From: the human T2T-CHM13v2.0 reference genome, Homo sapiens
NCBI RefSeq assembly: GCF_009914755.1
Contig: NC_060930.1
Reading direction: 5' to 3' (one strand)
DNA: 64,000 bases
The translations under genes and the position numbers were made by a program. Position 1 is the stretch's first letter. Each line of letters begins with the position of its first letter. The notes under the pieces were generated by a model that worked only from the letters and a program-made list of their open reading frames with translations, did not search any database and was not told the origin of the DNA. This document shows positions 1 through 17,284 of this stretch, piece after piece.

Positions 1-3170
<3,170 letters not shown>

Positions 3171-4189
3171 GACTATAATACTCTTATAAAACATTACTTC
3201 AAAACATACACATCTGTTATTAATATCTACCATCTATTGGGAACTTCTACATAGCTGCATATTCAGAGGGCAGAGTAAGAATCAGTTATTTCTAACAAGG
3301 ACAGGACTGTCAGGAATGACATCACAAAGAAGCTGACATTTAACTGGAGCCCTGAGTGTGATTTTTTAAATAACTCAATAGCCCGAAAGACATAACATTA
3401 ATGTGTTAGGAATCACAACCAATGGAAGGTGAACCAGCAGTAAATACTGTACCTCTCTGGAATCAAGAGTCATTGGCATTTATAGAAATTTAGGAGCACA
3501 TGAAATGCACAGATAATAGGTCTATTTGAAAGCCATTTTCTCTTGCCTTTCCTCATTTCCTCATAATTTTATCTAAAGAAATGTGTGGCCTCTACAAAAT
3601 GGGCCCTTGTGAACCCTCTCTGAAAGGTCTGTCGGCTCTCCAGACCTTGGGTGGCGACAGTCTTTCCCAACAACAGGAGATTGAAATGAACATGTGTAAA
3701 CCATCAAACTCCAACCCTGGCATGGGGAGAGAGGATTGTGTTGTGCCAGAAGCAGCTGAAGTTTTACAGATAGGATTCCCAGGTCAGAAGAGCCAAAGAT
3801 GGAGATTTCAACTTTGCAAAAACTAATATTAGACAAATTCAGCATTTATGGTGCTTTGAACAGAGTAGCCTTGCAAAAATTATTTCTTGAATGAATGAAA
3901 ACTGGAACTGAAAAGAATTCCAGAAGATAACAATGGAAACTAGAATGACTTGGTCATATGTCTCTCTTTTTTTTAATTGAAAATTCGTCATGAATATTTA
4001 GGCCTACTTTTTACATTAAATCTGCTTTAAATTAGAGCTGCTTTTTTTTTTTTTTAAATAAAATCTGAGATAAGACTTTTGTAAAAAGGCTGGGGGCTAC
4101 TCTGGTTAAAGCACAGTAGTACAGCTGGGGTGGGGGAAAGCCGGACCCATCCCTCAGCCCTCCGTCAATGTTCTCTTATCTTTAAAAAC

Positions 4190-4354
4190 TAACCACTCCC
4201 AGCATGGCCCACAGAGCAGCAGCAGCAGCAGCATCTCCCGGGAGTGTGTGAGAAATGCAGCATCTCAGACCTCACCCCAGACCTCCTGAGTCAGAGTCTG
4301 TATTTTGACAGATCCAGGGTGACTCAAATGAACATAAAAATTTGAAAAGCTCTG
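4190..4354. mobile_element. MER5-family hAT MITE
   Basis: agcagcatc...agaaatgcag...accccagacctcctgagtcagagtctg...tttgaaaagctctg. Confidence 0.7.
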
Positions 4355-4901
4355 TTCTCAAGAACTTTCATCCTTGGAGATGTGCAGTGTTTATAAATGA
4401 AAAGATGAACTCTTGGTTGGGGTTATTTTCATTTTAAGATGGGAATAAATTACAGGTAAAATTATTTTCTCAGGAAGTTTATGCAAGGAGAGACCTCATT
4501 ATCAAGCAGCCTCTGCCTAAGATCTGGGCAGGTCAGGTCACCTGCGTTCCACTCGGGCCCTACTGACCTTCTGAGGAGCCATGACACCTTGCTTCTGGCT
4601 GTCATGTGCTGCGCTGGGCTCTGCCTTGAGGGATCCCATACTCTTCCCTGCAATCACAGAGCCCACTTGAGAAGCAGCAGTCCCCCACCTTCCTCCAGGC
4701 CCACCTTCTTCCAGATGCAGTGGACAACCACTACAGGACTTTGACAGGATGTGCATGTCCCTGTCACCAGTGAATTTCTCAATGACTCTGGGCCATCTTT
4801 GGGACGTAGTTAGGAGGCTGGTGAGGAGGTCATACCTAATAAATCCACTTTAATAGTCCCATCTCCCTACGTATGTGTATGCTTCTTTTACAGCATCATA
4901 T

Positions 4902-4977
4902 TGTGAACCCAGAAGTATCTGAGACAGGTCTCAATCAATTTAGAAAGTTTATTTTGCCAAGGTTAAGGACACACCCA
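4902..4977 (-). mobile_element. MER4-like LTR terminal fragment
   Basis: tgtgaacccagaagtatctgagacaggtctcaatcaatttagaaagtttattttgccaagg resembles a MER4-group LTR end. Confidence 0.6.
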
Positions 4978-4990
4978 TCTGGTAAGGTAC

Positions 4991-5629
4991 TGAGAGGTGA
5001 AGCCAACTGGACTTCCTGGGTTGAGTGGGGACTTGGAGAACTTTTATGTCTTACAAGAGGATTGTAAAATGCACCAATCAGCACTCTGTAGCTAAGATTG
5101 TAAAACGCACCAATCAGTGCTCTGTAGCTAGCAAGGGGATTGTAAAATGCACCAATCAGGGCTCTGTAGCTAGCAAGAGGATTGTAAAATGCGCCAATCA
5201 GCATTCTGTAAAAAACGTATCAATCAGCACTCTGTAGCTATCAAGAAGATTGTAAAATGTACCAGTCAGCACTCTGTAAAATGCACCAATCAGCGCTCTG
5301 TAAAATGCACTAATCAGCAGGATTCTAAAAGTAGCCAATCGCAGGGAGGATTGAAAAAAGGGCACCCTGATAGGACAAAAATGGAACCTGGGAAGGGACA
5401 AATAAAGGAATAAACACTGGCCACCCCAGCCAGCCACGGCAACCCACTAGGGTCCCCTTCCACGCTGTGGAAGCTTTGTTCTTTGGCTCTTCACAATAAA
5501 CCTTGCTACTGCTCACTCTTGGGTTCATGCCATCTTTAAGAGCTGTAACACTCACCACGAAGGTCTGCGGCTTCATTCTTGAAGTCAGCGAGACCACGAA
5601 CCCACTGGAAGGAACCAACTCTGGACACA
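4991..5629 (+). mobile_element. LTR12-family (ERV9) solo LTR, LTR12F-like
   Basis: TG...CA termini (tgagaggtgaagcc...aactctggacaca). 4-bp TSD GTAC at 4987-4990 and 5630-5633. Tandem gcaccaatcagcactctgt units. Confidence 0.92.
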
Positions 5630-5919
5630 GTACCATGACCTAGCCAAGTTGACACATAAACTTAAGCATCACAGCCACTTTGATTGAACTGTTTTTCTAC
5701 ACTTAGTTAAGATGCACTTTGTTCTCCCTTAAGGAAACTTGGAAAACTTGCTAATGATCAAGCAACAGACCATCACTCCAAGTGGTTAATCTGATTCATT
5801 TTATATTGGATCTTATTGACTTCAGTTTTCAGACTTGACTCCCAAGTTTTCCTTGATGTGCCTTCTTTGGGGTGTGTGTCTGCCATGCAGACTATACTGA
5901 ACATGAGATGGGTGAGTGT

Positions 5920-6090
5920 AGAAGCTAAGAGCCTGGACTCAAGAGTCAGACCTGGCTTTGAATCTCAGTTCTGCCATGTACATGATCTGTGATTGCAAGA
6001 GGTCATTTAGCCTCTCTGAGCCTGTTTCCAGGCAACGAAATAGGGGAATTATAGCATCTTAAAGATGCTGTGAAAAGTTGATAGCATTAC
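5920..6090 (+). mobile_element. MIR fragment
   Basis: gagtcagacctggctttgaatctcagttctgcca...tttagcctctctgagcctgtttcc. Confidence 0.65.
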
Positions 6091-6757
6091 ACATATTACT
6101 TATATTTATTGAACACCTACTCTGAGCCAAGCACTGTGGGAGGCCCTGGCCAAGGAGTGGCAAAACAAGAGGTCTATGCGTGGGAGCCAACGGCCAGCAA
6201 CAGAGCTTACATGTAAAACACTTGGCACAATCCCAGACTCATGGTTAGTTGTGGCTGTTATTATTTACTGCTGAGAGTCATTGATTACCAATGAAGTCCT
6301 CCTTTGAACAGGCAAAAAACCCTTGTACACTTCCAGAGGAGAGCAAAGAAGTGAAGAAATATTGTCAGCATGCACAGTCCATAGTCATTCAGACCCGACT
6401 ATGGCCCCTCATGGCTCACAGAGAAACAAAGGTATTGTCCATTCCAGCAGATAAGCTTTAATTTGATGAAAAGGGGAATGCAGTAATTCTTGGGGAGGAG
6501 TAACCTATCATTAGCATCTGTTGTGTTCCTTCTCTTATGTAATTGGGATTTGGGGCATCAAAACCAGGACCCACAATCTGAACATATTCGGTAGAACAAT
6601 GGGCAGGGGCTGTATGAAATTGGTTTTACCCAGTGAATCCATGATTTGTTGCCACTAAAGGAACAGGCTGCACTTCCAGCTCATCTTGAAAAAACTGCCA
6701 AATTCTTTTGCAGTGTCACTCCCCCAGCATGAACTTTCTACCTTTTATGTCTTGCCT

Positions 6758-7155
6758 GTGTTATACACCTCAACCACCCCATATCCTCAGAGATGCCCAA
6801 GGCCAAATCCCCAGAACCTGTGAATATGTTACTTACATGGCAAAAAGGAATTAAGCATGCAGGTGAGGTTGATGTGGCTGATCAGCAAATGGGGCAGTTG
6901 GTCCCATGTAATTATCCAGGTGATCACAGTGTAATCACAAGCATCCTTAAGTATATTCTTATACTTAAGATATAAGTATCTTATAAGAGGGAGCCAGAAG
7001 CGTCAGGACCAAAACCTTGGCATTGTAGGAAGACTCAACTGGCCATTCTGACTTTAAAGATGGGGGAAGAGGGATGGGGTCATGTGCCAAGGAATGTGAG
7101 TGGCCTTGAAAAGTTGGAAAAGGCAGGGAAATGCATTCTCTCCTAGAGTCCTCGG
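6758..7155 (+). mobile_element. MLT1 (MaLR LTR, MLT1D/E-like), partial
   Basis: ccccagaacctgtgaatatgttacttacatggcaaaaaggaatt...aagttggaaaaggcagggaaatgcattctctcctagag. Confidence 0.75.
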
Positions 7156-7364
7156 AAACAGTAACTATTACACTTTCTTGTGTATCCTGCTATACATGTG
7201 CATGTATACGTATATAAAATGTGTGGATAAAGCTGACTTTTCAACAGATAAATAGAATTTAGAAGATAATGAAATGACATCCTTAATGCTAAAAGCAAAT
7301 GACTATCAGCCTAGAATCCAATACCCAGTGCGAATATCCTTCAAAATAAAGACAAATGTTGTTA

Positions 7365-7540
7365 TTTACTAGCTAGGTAACCTTCAAAGATCTGTGGCAA
7401 TCTCAGTTTTCTTACTTGTAAAGTGGAGATGGCCAATTCTACTTCCTTGGACTGTTGTAAATATTTAGTGAAAAAATTATATAGAATATTAAATACAGTG
7501 CTTGGCACAAGTGATTGTTAAAAAATGATACTATATTAAT
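7365..7540 (+). mobile_element. MIR nested within the old L1
   Basis: ctcagttttcttacttgtaaagtggagat...acagtgcttggcaca. Confidence 0.6.
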
Positions 7541-7761
7541 TAACATTTTCCCAATTAATAAATTAAAAACAAAGTAATGATGTTTCAGACAAAAGCCAAA
7601 ATAATTTGTCACAAGCATACCAATTCAAAAAGGAATACTGAAGAAATTTACCATGAATGAGGAAAATTATCCTGAAGGGAGCATAATGATGTGGGAGGAA
7701 TAAGAAACAATAGAATAAATAAGAGGATAAAACTGTTTAAAACAATAACAATCATGATGTT

Positions 7762-8141
7762 TGTATTTGTCTCTGGCTGACATAACAAAGTACCACAGAC
7801 TGGAGGGCTTAAACAACAGAAATCTATCTCACAGTTCTGGAAGCTGGAAGTCCAAGGTGTGGGTAGGGGTGGTTTTTCCTGAGGCCCCTCTCCTTGGTTT
7901 GCAGATGCTGTCTTCTCCCTGTGTTTTCACATGGTCTTCTCTGTGTGTGTGTCCGTGTCCTCATCTCCTCTCCTTAGAAGCATACCAGTCATATAGGATT
8001 AGGGCCCAACCTAATGACCCATTTTTCCTTTACTACCTCTTTAAAGGCCATATCTCTAAATATAGTCATATTCTGAGATGTTGGGGGTTAGGACTCCAAC
8101 ATGTAAATTATTAGGGTGAGGGACACAGTTCAGTCTATAAT
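7762..8141 (-). mobile_element. MLT1A/B-like MaLR LTR
   Basis: ataacaaagtaccacagactggagggcttaaacaacagaaat...ggacacagttcagtctataa. Confidence 0.8.
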
Positions 8142-9179
8142 AATGCCTTCGGGGGTTTAAAATATATACCAAATTAAGATATATAACTAAATAGTATAAA
8201 AGTTGGGAAAAGGATAAAAGGAGTTAAAATGTTGTGAAGTTCTAGAGTTGTTCAGGAAGATTATGATATATAGAAGACTGATAATAAGATACAGATGGAT
8301 GGTATACTCTCTAGGCCAATCACAAAGGGAATGATAGAGAAGGAAATAGAAATCATAAAAACATTAATTCAAAAGAAGCCAAGAAAGGAGAAGAAAAAGG
8401 AAATTTTAAAACATAGCAAATAGGAAACAAAGGGTAAATGATAAATTTAGATTTAAATATATTTGAAATCACATTAAATGTAAATTAAATAAATATTCCA
8501 ATTAAAACACAATGATCATCAGATTGGATTTTTTAATAATAGCGACACTAAGCTGCTTACAAAAGAGACATCCTAATATATGGTTAGGTGTAAGAATCTG
8601 GAAAGTGTGAAAGTAAAATAATAGAAAACGATATACCCTTCAAATATCAACCAAATGAAAGTAAGTACAGCTATGCAATTATCTGACAAGTTGATCTTAA
8701 TTGAGAAAGCATTACTAAAAATAAAGAGATATATTTAATAATGATAAAAGGATCCATCTATTAGAAAGTCACAATGATTCTAAATTTGAATATACTTCAA
8801 AATATAGTTTTAAATCTGTAAATCAAAAATTGAAAGAATTAAAAGAGGAAATATATAAATCTATAATCATAGTTAATTTAACATACGTCTCAGTAACTAA
8901 TAGAACGAGGAAGCCTAACATCAATAATTATATAAAGAACTTGAAGAACATGATTAATAAGCTGTTGGCATAGTGACATATGTAGAATACTAAATTCAAC
9001 AACCACGGTATATATTATTTTCAAGTGCACTTGGAACAAACACCAAAACTGACCTGAGCCACAAAGTGAGTCTCTCAAAATTTTAGAGGATTGAAATAAT
9101 AGAGAATGCATTCTCTGACCAGGATAGAATTAAAACATTTTTAAAAAGCAGAGATAGCTAGAAAATCACCAAGATTCTT

Positions 9180-9480
<301 letters not shown>

Positions 9481-12176
9481 TCACCAAGATTCCACATACA
9501 GTGAAGAATACATTCTAAAGAATCTATAGATCAAAGAGAAAAGCACCATATAACTTAGAAAATATTTTGAACTGATTAATGAAAATAGAACATGTCTAAA
9601 TATATGGGGTATAGCTAAAGCCATAATCAGAAGGATAAAGTGTTAAATGCATGTGTTAGAGAAGAAAGGTTGAAAAAGAATAATCTAAATGTTGATCTAG
9701 AAAAGTTAGAAAAAGAATAGCAAATGAAACCAAAATACAGTACAAGGAAGGAAATAATTATGATAAGAGCAGAAATCCATGAAATAGAAAGCAAGCATAC
9801 AGCAAAGAAACACAACAAAAGGAAAAATTGTTTGTTTGAAAAAAAGTTAATAAAATGGATAATCATTGGCAAAATGAGCTAGAAAGAAGACAATACATAA
9901 ATTATCAATATTATGAAGAAAAGGGGATGTTATAAAAATGTCATACCAATAAATTTCAAAATATAAATAAATTAGGCAAATTCCTGGTAAAGCATTACTT
10001 GCCAAAACTAAGATAAGATGCAGTAGAAAATCTGAATTATCATCCATGTATGAAAGAAAGTGAGACTGTAATTTAATTCTTTCCCACAAGTAAAATTCTA
10101 TGCCCAAATTCTTCACTAATGAAATCCTTCTAAACATTTAAGAAGGAGTGACACTGATCTCACACAAACTCACCCAGGGATAGAAAAAGGGAACACTTTC
10201 CACTTCATTTTATGAAGCCAGTTAACCTTGATACCAAAATCAGCAAAGAAAGAAAACTTATAAGCCAGTCTCCCTAATAACGTAGTGTAAAAATACTAAA
10301 TAAAGCATTAACAAACCAAATTGAGGACCTAATCAAAAGTATAATAAAACAAGTCCAAATTGGATTTATTCTAGGATGCAAAGTTGATTTAATGTTCAAA
10401 AAATTAGTCAATGTAATTTGCCACACTAAGAAAATAAAAGGACAATCAACTAAATAGATGCCAAAAAAGCACCTGATAAAATTCAACACCCATTCACGAT
10501 AAAAGAAAAAAAAAAAATTCTGAGTGTGGGATTAGAAGGGAACATTCTTTAACTGATAGAGTAGCTTGGAAGAGAAAGAACTCTAAAATAAACATCACAC
10601 CTAATGGGAAATATTGAAAGATTTTACCCAAATAAAGAATGAAACAAAGATACTCAGTCACCACTTCTATTCAACATTATAATAGGCAGTAGTTGCAATA
10701 AGGAAAAAAAAAAAAAAAAAGCTATCAAAATTAGAAATAATGGGAAATGAAATTGTAATTATTTTTAAATAACATGATTGTGTACATAGAAAATCCATTT
10801 AAAAATTAACAGAAAATGCATTAGCATTAATAAGTGAATTCCGCAAGGTGATAGATATAAGGTCAATATACAAAGTTTAATTATATTGTTATATTTCAGC
10901 AGCAAAAGAACACTGAAATTTAAATGATACAATTAAAGTAGAAGCTACTGGAGCAAGTAAGTAACTAATGGGCAGGCAAACTTAAGTGGTAATTGACTGA
11001 TTTATGGAAGCTAAGTGTGGACTAGCTTGAAATTCAAAGACTCTTTTGGGTTCAGGCTGGCAGGAGGGGTGGTGGGAGAGTTCATAATTTCATGAGTTTT
11101 ACCTCCTAGAGACAACAAAGTTACCAAAGTGAAGATCAAAGAAAAATCACTTCCTTCTTCCAGCAAGGGGAGAGGAAAAGCAACCATTTTTAAATATACC
11201 CAGGGAGATCTGTTCTCTTTAACAAAGGCCTTTTCTCAGAGGAAACTACTTTACCAAAACCTGAAGCCTTGAAAGAAGGAAGTACCCAGCTCTATCTCCC
11301 TCTAACCTTCTTATCTCACCTACACAAGGGGAAAGCTGAGAAGCACTTGTGAGGGTCACAGCCCAGGGGCACAGGCTTACTAAATGACTAAGTCCTAATC
11401 ATGGGACTATAAAGATTTTTCCCTCTCCTCATACATTACCACCACATTAACAGGCTCCTGTGTGATAAACAAGATTACAGCAGAAAGAACGATAAAGCTA
11501 AGGCTCAATTTAAGAAGGAGTCTCTAGGAAAATCCCAAGACAACAAAGAACACAAAAACAAAAAGGCTAGAGGAAATGGAAGGCCCTAGCACCTCCAGCT
11601 ACAGCAGCCGTTAAACACAGCTTAACTTCTAGCCATATAAACATAAACGCTCATAAACTAAAGGCCTGTTTAGTTTCTATTACTCAATAAATCATTTCTG
11701 GCTTTGAAAACAAAATTATAAACCATACTAAAAGGCAAAACACCAAAACCAAAACAAACAAAATTGTCTGAAGAGACAAAGCAAGCATCAGAACGTGGCT
11801 CAAATATGACACTGATTTTGGAATTATTAGACCAGGAATTTAAAAACCCTATTAAATGTGCTAAGGGCTTTAATGAAAAAAAAAGTGGACAACATGCAAG
11901 AACAGATGGGCAATATAAACAGGGAGAAAAATTCTACAAAAGAATCAGAATAAAACATTAGAAAATAAAAGCACTGTAACGAAAGTGAAGAATGCCTTTG
12001 GTGTGCTCATTAGTATGCTGGACACTGGCAAGGAAAGAATCAATAAGCTTTAAGATATGTTAATAGAAACTTCCCAAACTGATATGTAAACAGAAAAAAA
12101 AAATGGGGAAAAAAGGAACAGAATATTCAAAAGCTGTGGGTCAATTACAAAGGGTGTTAAGATACACATAGTAAGT

Positions 12177-12475
12177 GGCCAGATATGGTGACTTATTCCT
12201 GTAATCCTAGCACTTTAGGAAGCATAGGGGGATACTGTTTGAGCCCAGATGTTCAGGAGCAGCCTGGGCAACATAGTCAGACACCATCTCTACAAAAAAT
12301 ACAAAATTTAGCCAGGCATGGTGGTGTTTGTCTGTAGCCCCAGATACTCAGAAGGCTGAGGTGGGAGGAACTTCTGAGCCCAGGGAGGTAGTGGCTGCAA
12401 TGAACTGTGATCATGCCACTGCACACCAATCTGGGTGACAGAGTGAGACCCTGTCTCAGGGAAAAAAAAATAAAT
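12177..12475 (+). mobile_element. AluJ
   Basis: Diverged Alu dimer with tgagcccag..., gctgcaatgaactgtgatc and an A tail. Confidence 0.88.
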
Positions 12476-12826
12476 AAGAATATCAGAAGAAGAATGAACA
12501 GAAGAAATATTTGGATTAATAATGAGAATTTCCAAAAATCAGTGCCAGAAAGCAAACCACAGATTAAAAGGGCAGAGAACACAATGAGGATGTTTTTAAA
12601 AATCTAATTATAGCATATTCAAATTGCAGAAAACCAAACACAGAGAATATCTTGAAAGAAACCAGAGGAAAAAAACACCTTACTTACATAGGAGCAAAGA
12701 TAAGAAGTATACCAGAATTCTCTTGAGAAATTATTCAAGCAAGAAAAAAAGTAGAGTGAAGTATTTAAAGTGTTGAAAGAAAAAAACCACCAACCTACAA
12801 TTATGTATCCAGCAAAATTATTCTTC

Positions 12827-13181
12827 TGTATTTGTCCATTGTTGCACTGCTGATAAAGACACACCCAAGACTGGGCAATTTATACAAGGAAGAGGTTTAG
12901 CGGGACTTACAGTTCCACGTGGCTGGGGAAGCCTCACAATCATAGTGGAAGACAATAAAGAGCAAGTCACATCTTACGTGGGTGGCAGCAGGCAAAGAGA
13001 GAGAACTTGTGCAGGAACTCCACTTTTTAAAACCATCAGATCCCATGAGACTTATTCATTATCCCCAGAACAGCACAGGAAAGACTTGCCCCCATGATTC
13101 AGTTACCTCCCATTGGGTCCCTCCCACAGCACATGGAAATTCAAGATGAGATTTGGGTGGGGACACAGCCAAACTGTATCA
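12827..13181 (-). mobile_element. THE1 (MaLR) solo LTR
   Basis: tgtatttgtcc...gctgataaagacacacccaagactgggcaatt...gatttgggtggggacacagccaaactgtatca. Near-TSD tcttc/ccttc. Confidence 0.9.
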
Positions 13182-15840
13182 CCTTCAAAAGCAAAGGAGA
13201 AATACTTTCTCAAGTAAAAACTGAGAGAATTTTTTACTGGTAGATCTGCCTTGCAAATAATTATTTTTAAAAAGTTCTTAGAGAAAAGGAAAGTATATAG
13301 GTTAGAAACTCAGAAATATGTAAAGAATGAAAAAGTGTCAGAGAATGAATAAATAAAAATAAAAATCTTTATTTTATTCATAATTTTTAACTGTCTGCTC
13401 AAAACAATAATAGCAACAATGTGTTCGATGATTATAGCATGTGGATAAATAAAATAATTGGCAGCAGTGTACTAGGGGATGAATCAGGAATACTTTACCT
13501 GCACTACCCATTAAGCAGTATGGTGTCATTTGAAGGTGGACTTAGATTAGTTGTAAATGTATTAATGTATTGCAGACTCTAGAGAAACCACTAAATTTTT
13601 TTTTAAAGAAGTATAATTGATATGCTGAGAGAATAGAACATTGAATTATGTAAAATCCTCAATTAAGACCAAAGAAGGCAGAAAAAGAGGGGAAGATAAA
13701 AAACAGCTACAATAAATAGAAAAGTTACAAATATGGTAGATATTAATTCAACTGTATCAATTATCATTTTAAGTGGAAATGATTCAAAAACACCTTCTAA
13801 GAGACAGAGATTGTCAGAGCAGATCAAAGAACAGAAACTAACTATATGTTGTTTACAAGAAATACACTTTGAATGTAAATCCACAGATAGATTAAAAATA
13901 AAAGAATGTCAAAAAGCACACCATGCTAACCCTTATCTAAAGACAGGAAGAGTAGCTACGTTAATGTCAGACAAATCAGACTACAGTTTAAGGAAAACTA
14001 TTAGAGATAAAAAGCAGCATTAGAAAAGGATAAACTGGTCAATTTTCCAAGAAGACATAATTCTTAAAGTATATGGGCCTAAGAACAGAGCATCAAAATA
14101 CGTGAGGCAAAAACAGAACTGCAAAGAGAAATAGACAAATTCACTATTATACTTGGAGACTTAAACACTCCTCTATCAGTAATTGACAGACATGGCAAGC
14201 ATAAAGTATTAAGAATTTAGTTAACTACATATCATTATCAGTCAACTAGTTCTAATTGACATGTATAGGACAGTTGTTGACTTCATACAAGAAGAGCATA
14301 ATACACATTCTTCTTAAGCTCACATGGAACACTTAACAAAATATACCACATGCTGAGCCATAAGACACACCTTAACAAATTTAAAAGAATAAAAATCATG
14401 TAAAGTATTCTTTCACATCACAATGACATTAAATAGAAATCAATAACAGAAAAACAGAAGGAAAATAACAAATTATTTAGAAATTATACCACACACTTAT
14501 AAATAATGCATGGGCCAAACAATGAGTCTCAAGATAAATTTAAAACTATTTTGAATTAAATGAAAACAAAAATACAACTCAGTATTTGTGGGATTCAGTG
14601 ACTGAAAGCAGTGTTATTTACTTCAGTTTCTATTACTCAATAAATGATTTCTGGCTTTGAAAATAAAATTACATATACAGCACTGAATGCATATGGTAGA
14701 AAAGAAGAATAATCTAAAATCAGGATCTAAGCTTTCAACAAAGGAAACTAAAGAAAAAGAACAGTATAAGCCTAAAGCAAGCAGAAAATAGAAGTAACAA
14801 AAATTAGAGCAGAAATGAATGAAATTGAAAACAGGAAATCAATAGAGAAAATTAATCAAACCAAAGCTGGTTTTTTTGAAAGATTAATAAAATTCATAAA
14901 CCTGTAGCCAGTCTAGCCAAGGAAAGAGAGAAGACATAAATTACTCATATCAGAAATGAAAGAGGGATCATCACTATTGATTCCATGGACATTAAAAGGA
15001 TAATAAAAAAAAATACTATGAACAACTTCATGCCAACAAATTTAATGACTCAGATACATTGGACCACTCCCTTGAAAGACCCAATCTACCAAACTCACAC
15101 GTGGAAAAAACAGATAATCTGAAGATCCCTATGTTAAATAAAGAAAATAAATAAATAAATAATAACCTTCCAGAAAAGAAAGTGTCCAGCCCAGGCAATT
15201 TCACTGGGGAATTCTACCAAACATTAAAGAAAGAAATGATGCCAATTTTTCATAATCTCTTTCAGAAGATAAAAGCAGAAGAAATACTTTCTAACTCATT
15301 CTATGAGGCCAGCATTATCTTAATACCAGAATAGGTATAAGGACATCATATAAGGACATCATTACAAGAAAGAAAAACTATGGACCAGTATCTCTCATGA
15401 ACATAGATGCAAAAATCTTCAAAATATTAACAAACAGCATCTAACAATGTATAAAAGGAATTATACACCACAACCAAGTGGGATTTATTCCAGTTATATA
15501 AGTCTGGTTCAATATTGGAAAGTCAAATAATATAATTTATCATATTGGTAGGCTAAAGAAGAAAAATCATATGATCATATCAATAGATGCAGAAGAAGCA
15601 TTTGACAAAACTCAACAGACATTCATATTAAAAATTCTCAGCACTCTAGGAATAGATGGGACTTCCTCAATTTGATAAAGAACATCTACAAAAGCCTACA
15701 GCTAACATACTTAATGGTGAGGAACTGGATGCTTTCCTCCCAAAATCAGAAAACCGGGGAAGGATGTCCCCCTCACCACTTCTATTCAACATTGTACTTA
15801 GAGTCCTAGCTAATGTAATAAGACAAGAAAAGGGAAAGAA

Positions 15841-16158
15841 GGCCGGGCACGGTGGCTCACGCCTGTAATCCCAGCACTTTGGGAGGCTGAGGCAGGTGCA
15901 TCAAAAGGTCAGGAGATCGAGACCAAACTGGCTAAAACAGTGAAACCCCATCTCTACTAAAAATACAAAAAATTAGCCAGGCTTGGTGGCTTGTGCCTAT
16001 AGTCCCAGCTACTCAGGAGGCTGAGGCAAGAGAATCACTTGACTCTGGGAGGCAGAGGTTGCAGTGAGCCAAGATTGTGGCACCGCACTCCAGCCTGGAC
16101 AACAGAGCGAGACCCCATCTCAAAATTAAAAAAAAAAAAAAAAAAATGGAAAGAAAAA
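15841..16158 (+). mobile_element. AluS
   Basis: Full dimer. 21-bp TSD aagacaagaaaagggaaagaa at 15820-15840 and 16159-16179. Confidence 0.93.
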
Positions 16159-16979
16159 AAGACAAGAAAAGGGAAAGAAAAAAAGCAATATTGGGATTGG
16201 GAAGGAAGAACTTAGTTCACAAATGACATGAATGCTAATGTGGAAAATTTCAAAGAATTGACCAAAAAAAAAAAAAAACAAAAAACCCCACAAACCACCT
16301 GAAACCGATAAATGAGCAAGGTTGCAGAAAACAAGGTTAATACACAAAAGTCAGTTGGGTTTCTACATACTCCAATGAACAATTGGAATTTGAAACACAA
16401 TACTATTTACATACCAAAAAAAACTTTACACATAAATATAATAAAATATTTAAAAGATCTATATGAAAAAAAGTACAAACCTCTGGTGAAAGAAATCAAA
16501 GAATATCTAAATAGAGAGATCTTCCATGTTCATGAATAGGGAGACTCAATATTGTTTAGATGCCAGATCTTTCCAACTCTATCTATAAATTCAACATAAT
16601 TCAAATCAAAATCTCACAAGTTATTCTATGGATACTGAAAAAATAATTTCAATGTTTATATGGAAAGACAAAAGGCTCAGACTAACCAATACGCTCCCCA
16701 ACTTTAAACTTACTGTAAAGCCACAGTAATGAAGATAAGATGATACTGGTAAAATAATCAACAAATTGATCAGTGGAACAGAGTTAAGTGCCCAGAAATA
16801 GATGCTCACAAATAGTCAACTGACAAAGGGGCAAAGGCAACTGAATGGAGAAAGAACAGTCCTTTTGATAATAATATGGGGGTAACTAGACACCCATATC
16901 TTAAAAATGGGAGATAATACCTAAACTAAAATCTTCCCAAAGTTTTAATTACTGGTGTTAAACTTCTTGGAGAGCAATT

Positions 16980-17284
<305 letters not shown>

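Larger units (their letters stand above)
10940..16905 (+). mobile_element. Old L1M element with 5'UTR, ORF1 and most of ORF2 (degenerate), interrupted by AluJ, THE1 and AluS
   Basis: ORF 13733 carries the endonuclease motif KRQRLSEQIK..TICCLQEIH. ORF 15656 carries [21 protein letters not shown] (RT). Confidence 0.85.

Noticed and set aside
5060-5320. Tandem ~40-bp repeats as a CRISPR-like array
   Set aside because: There are no unique spacers. These are the normal CCAAT-containing U3 repeats of LTR12.
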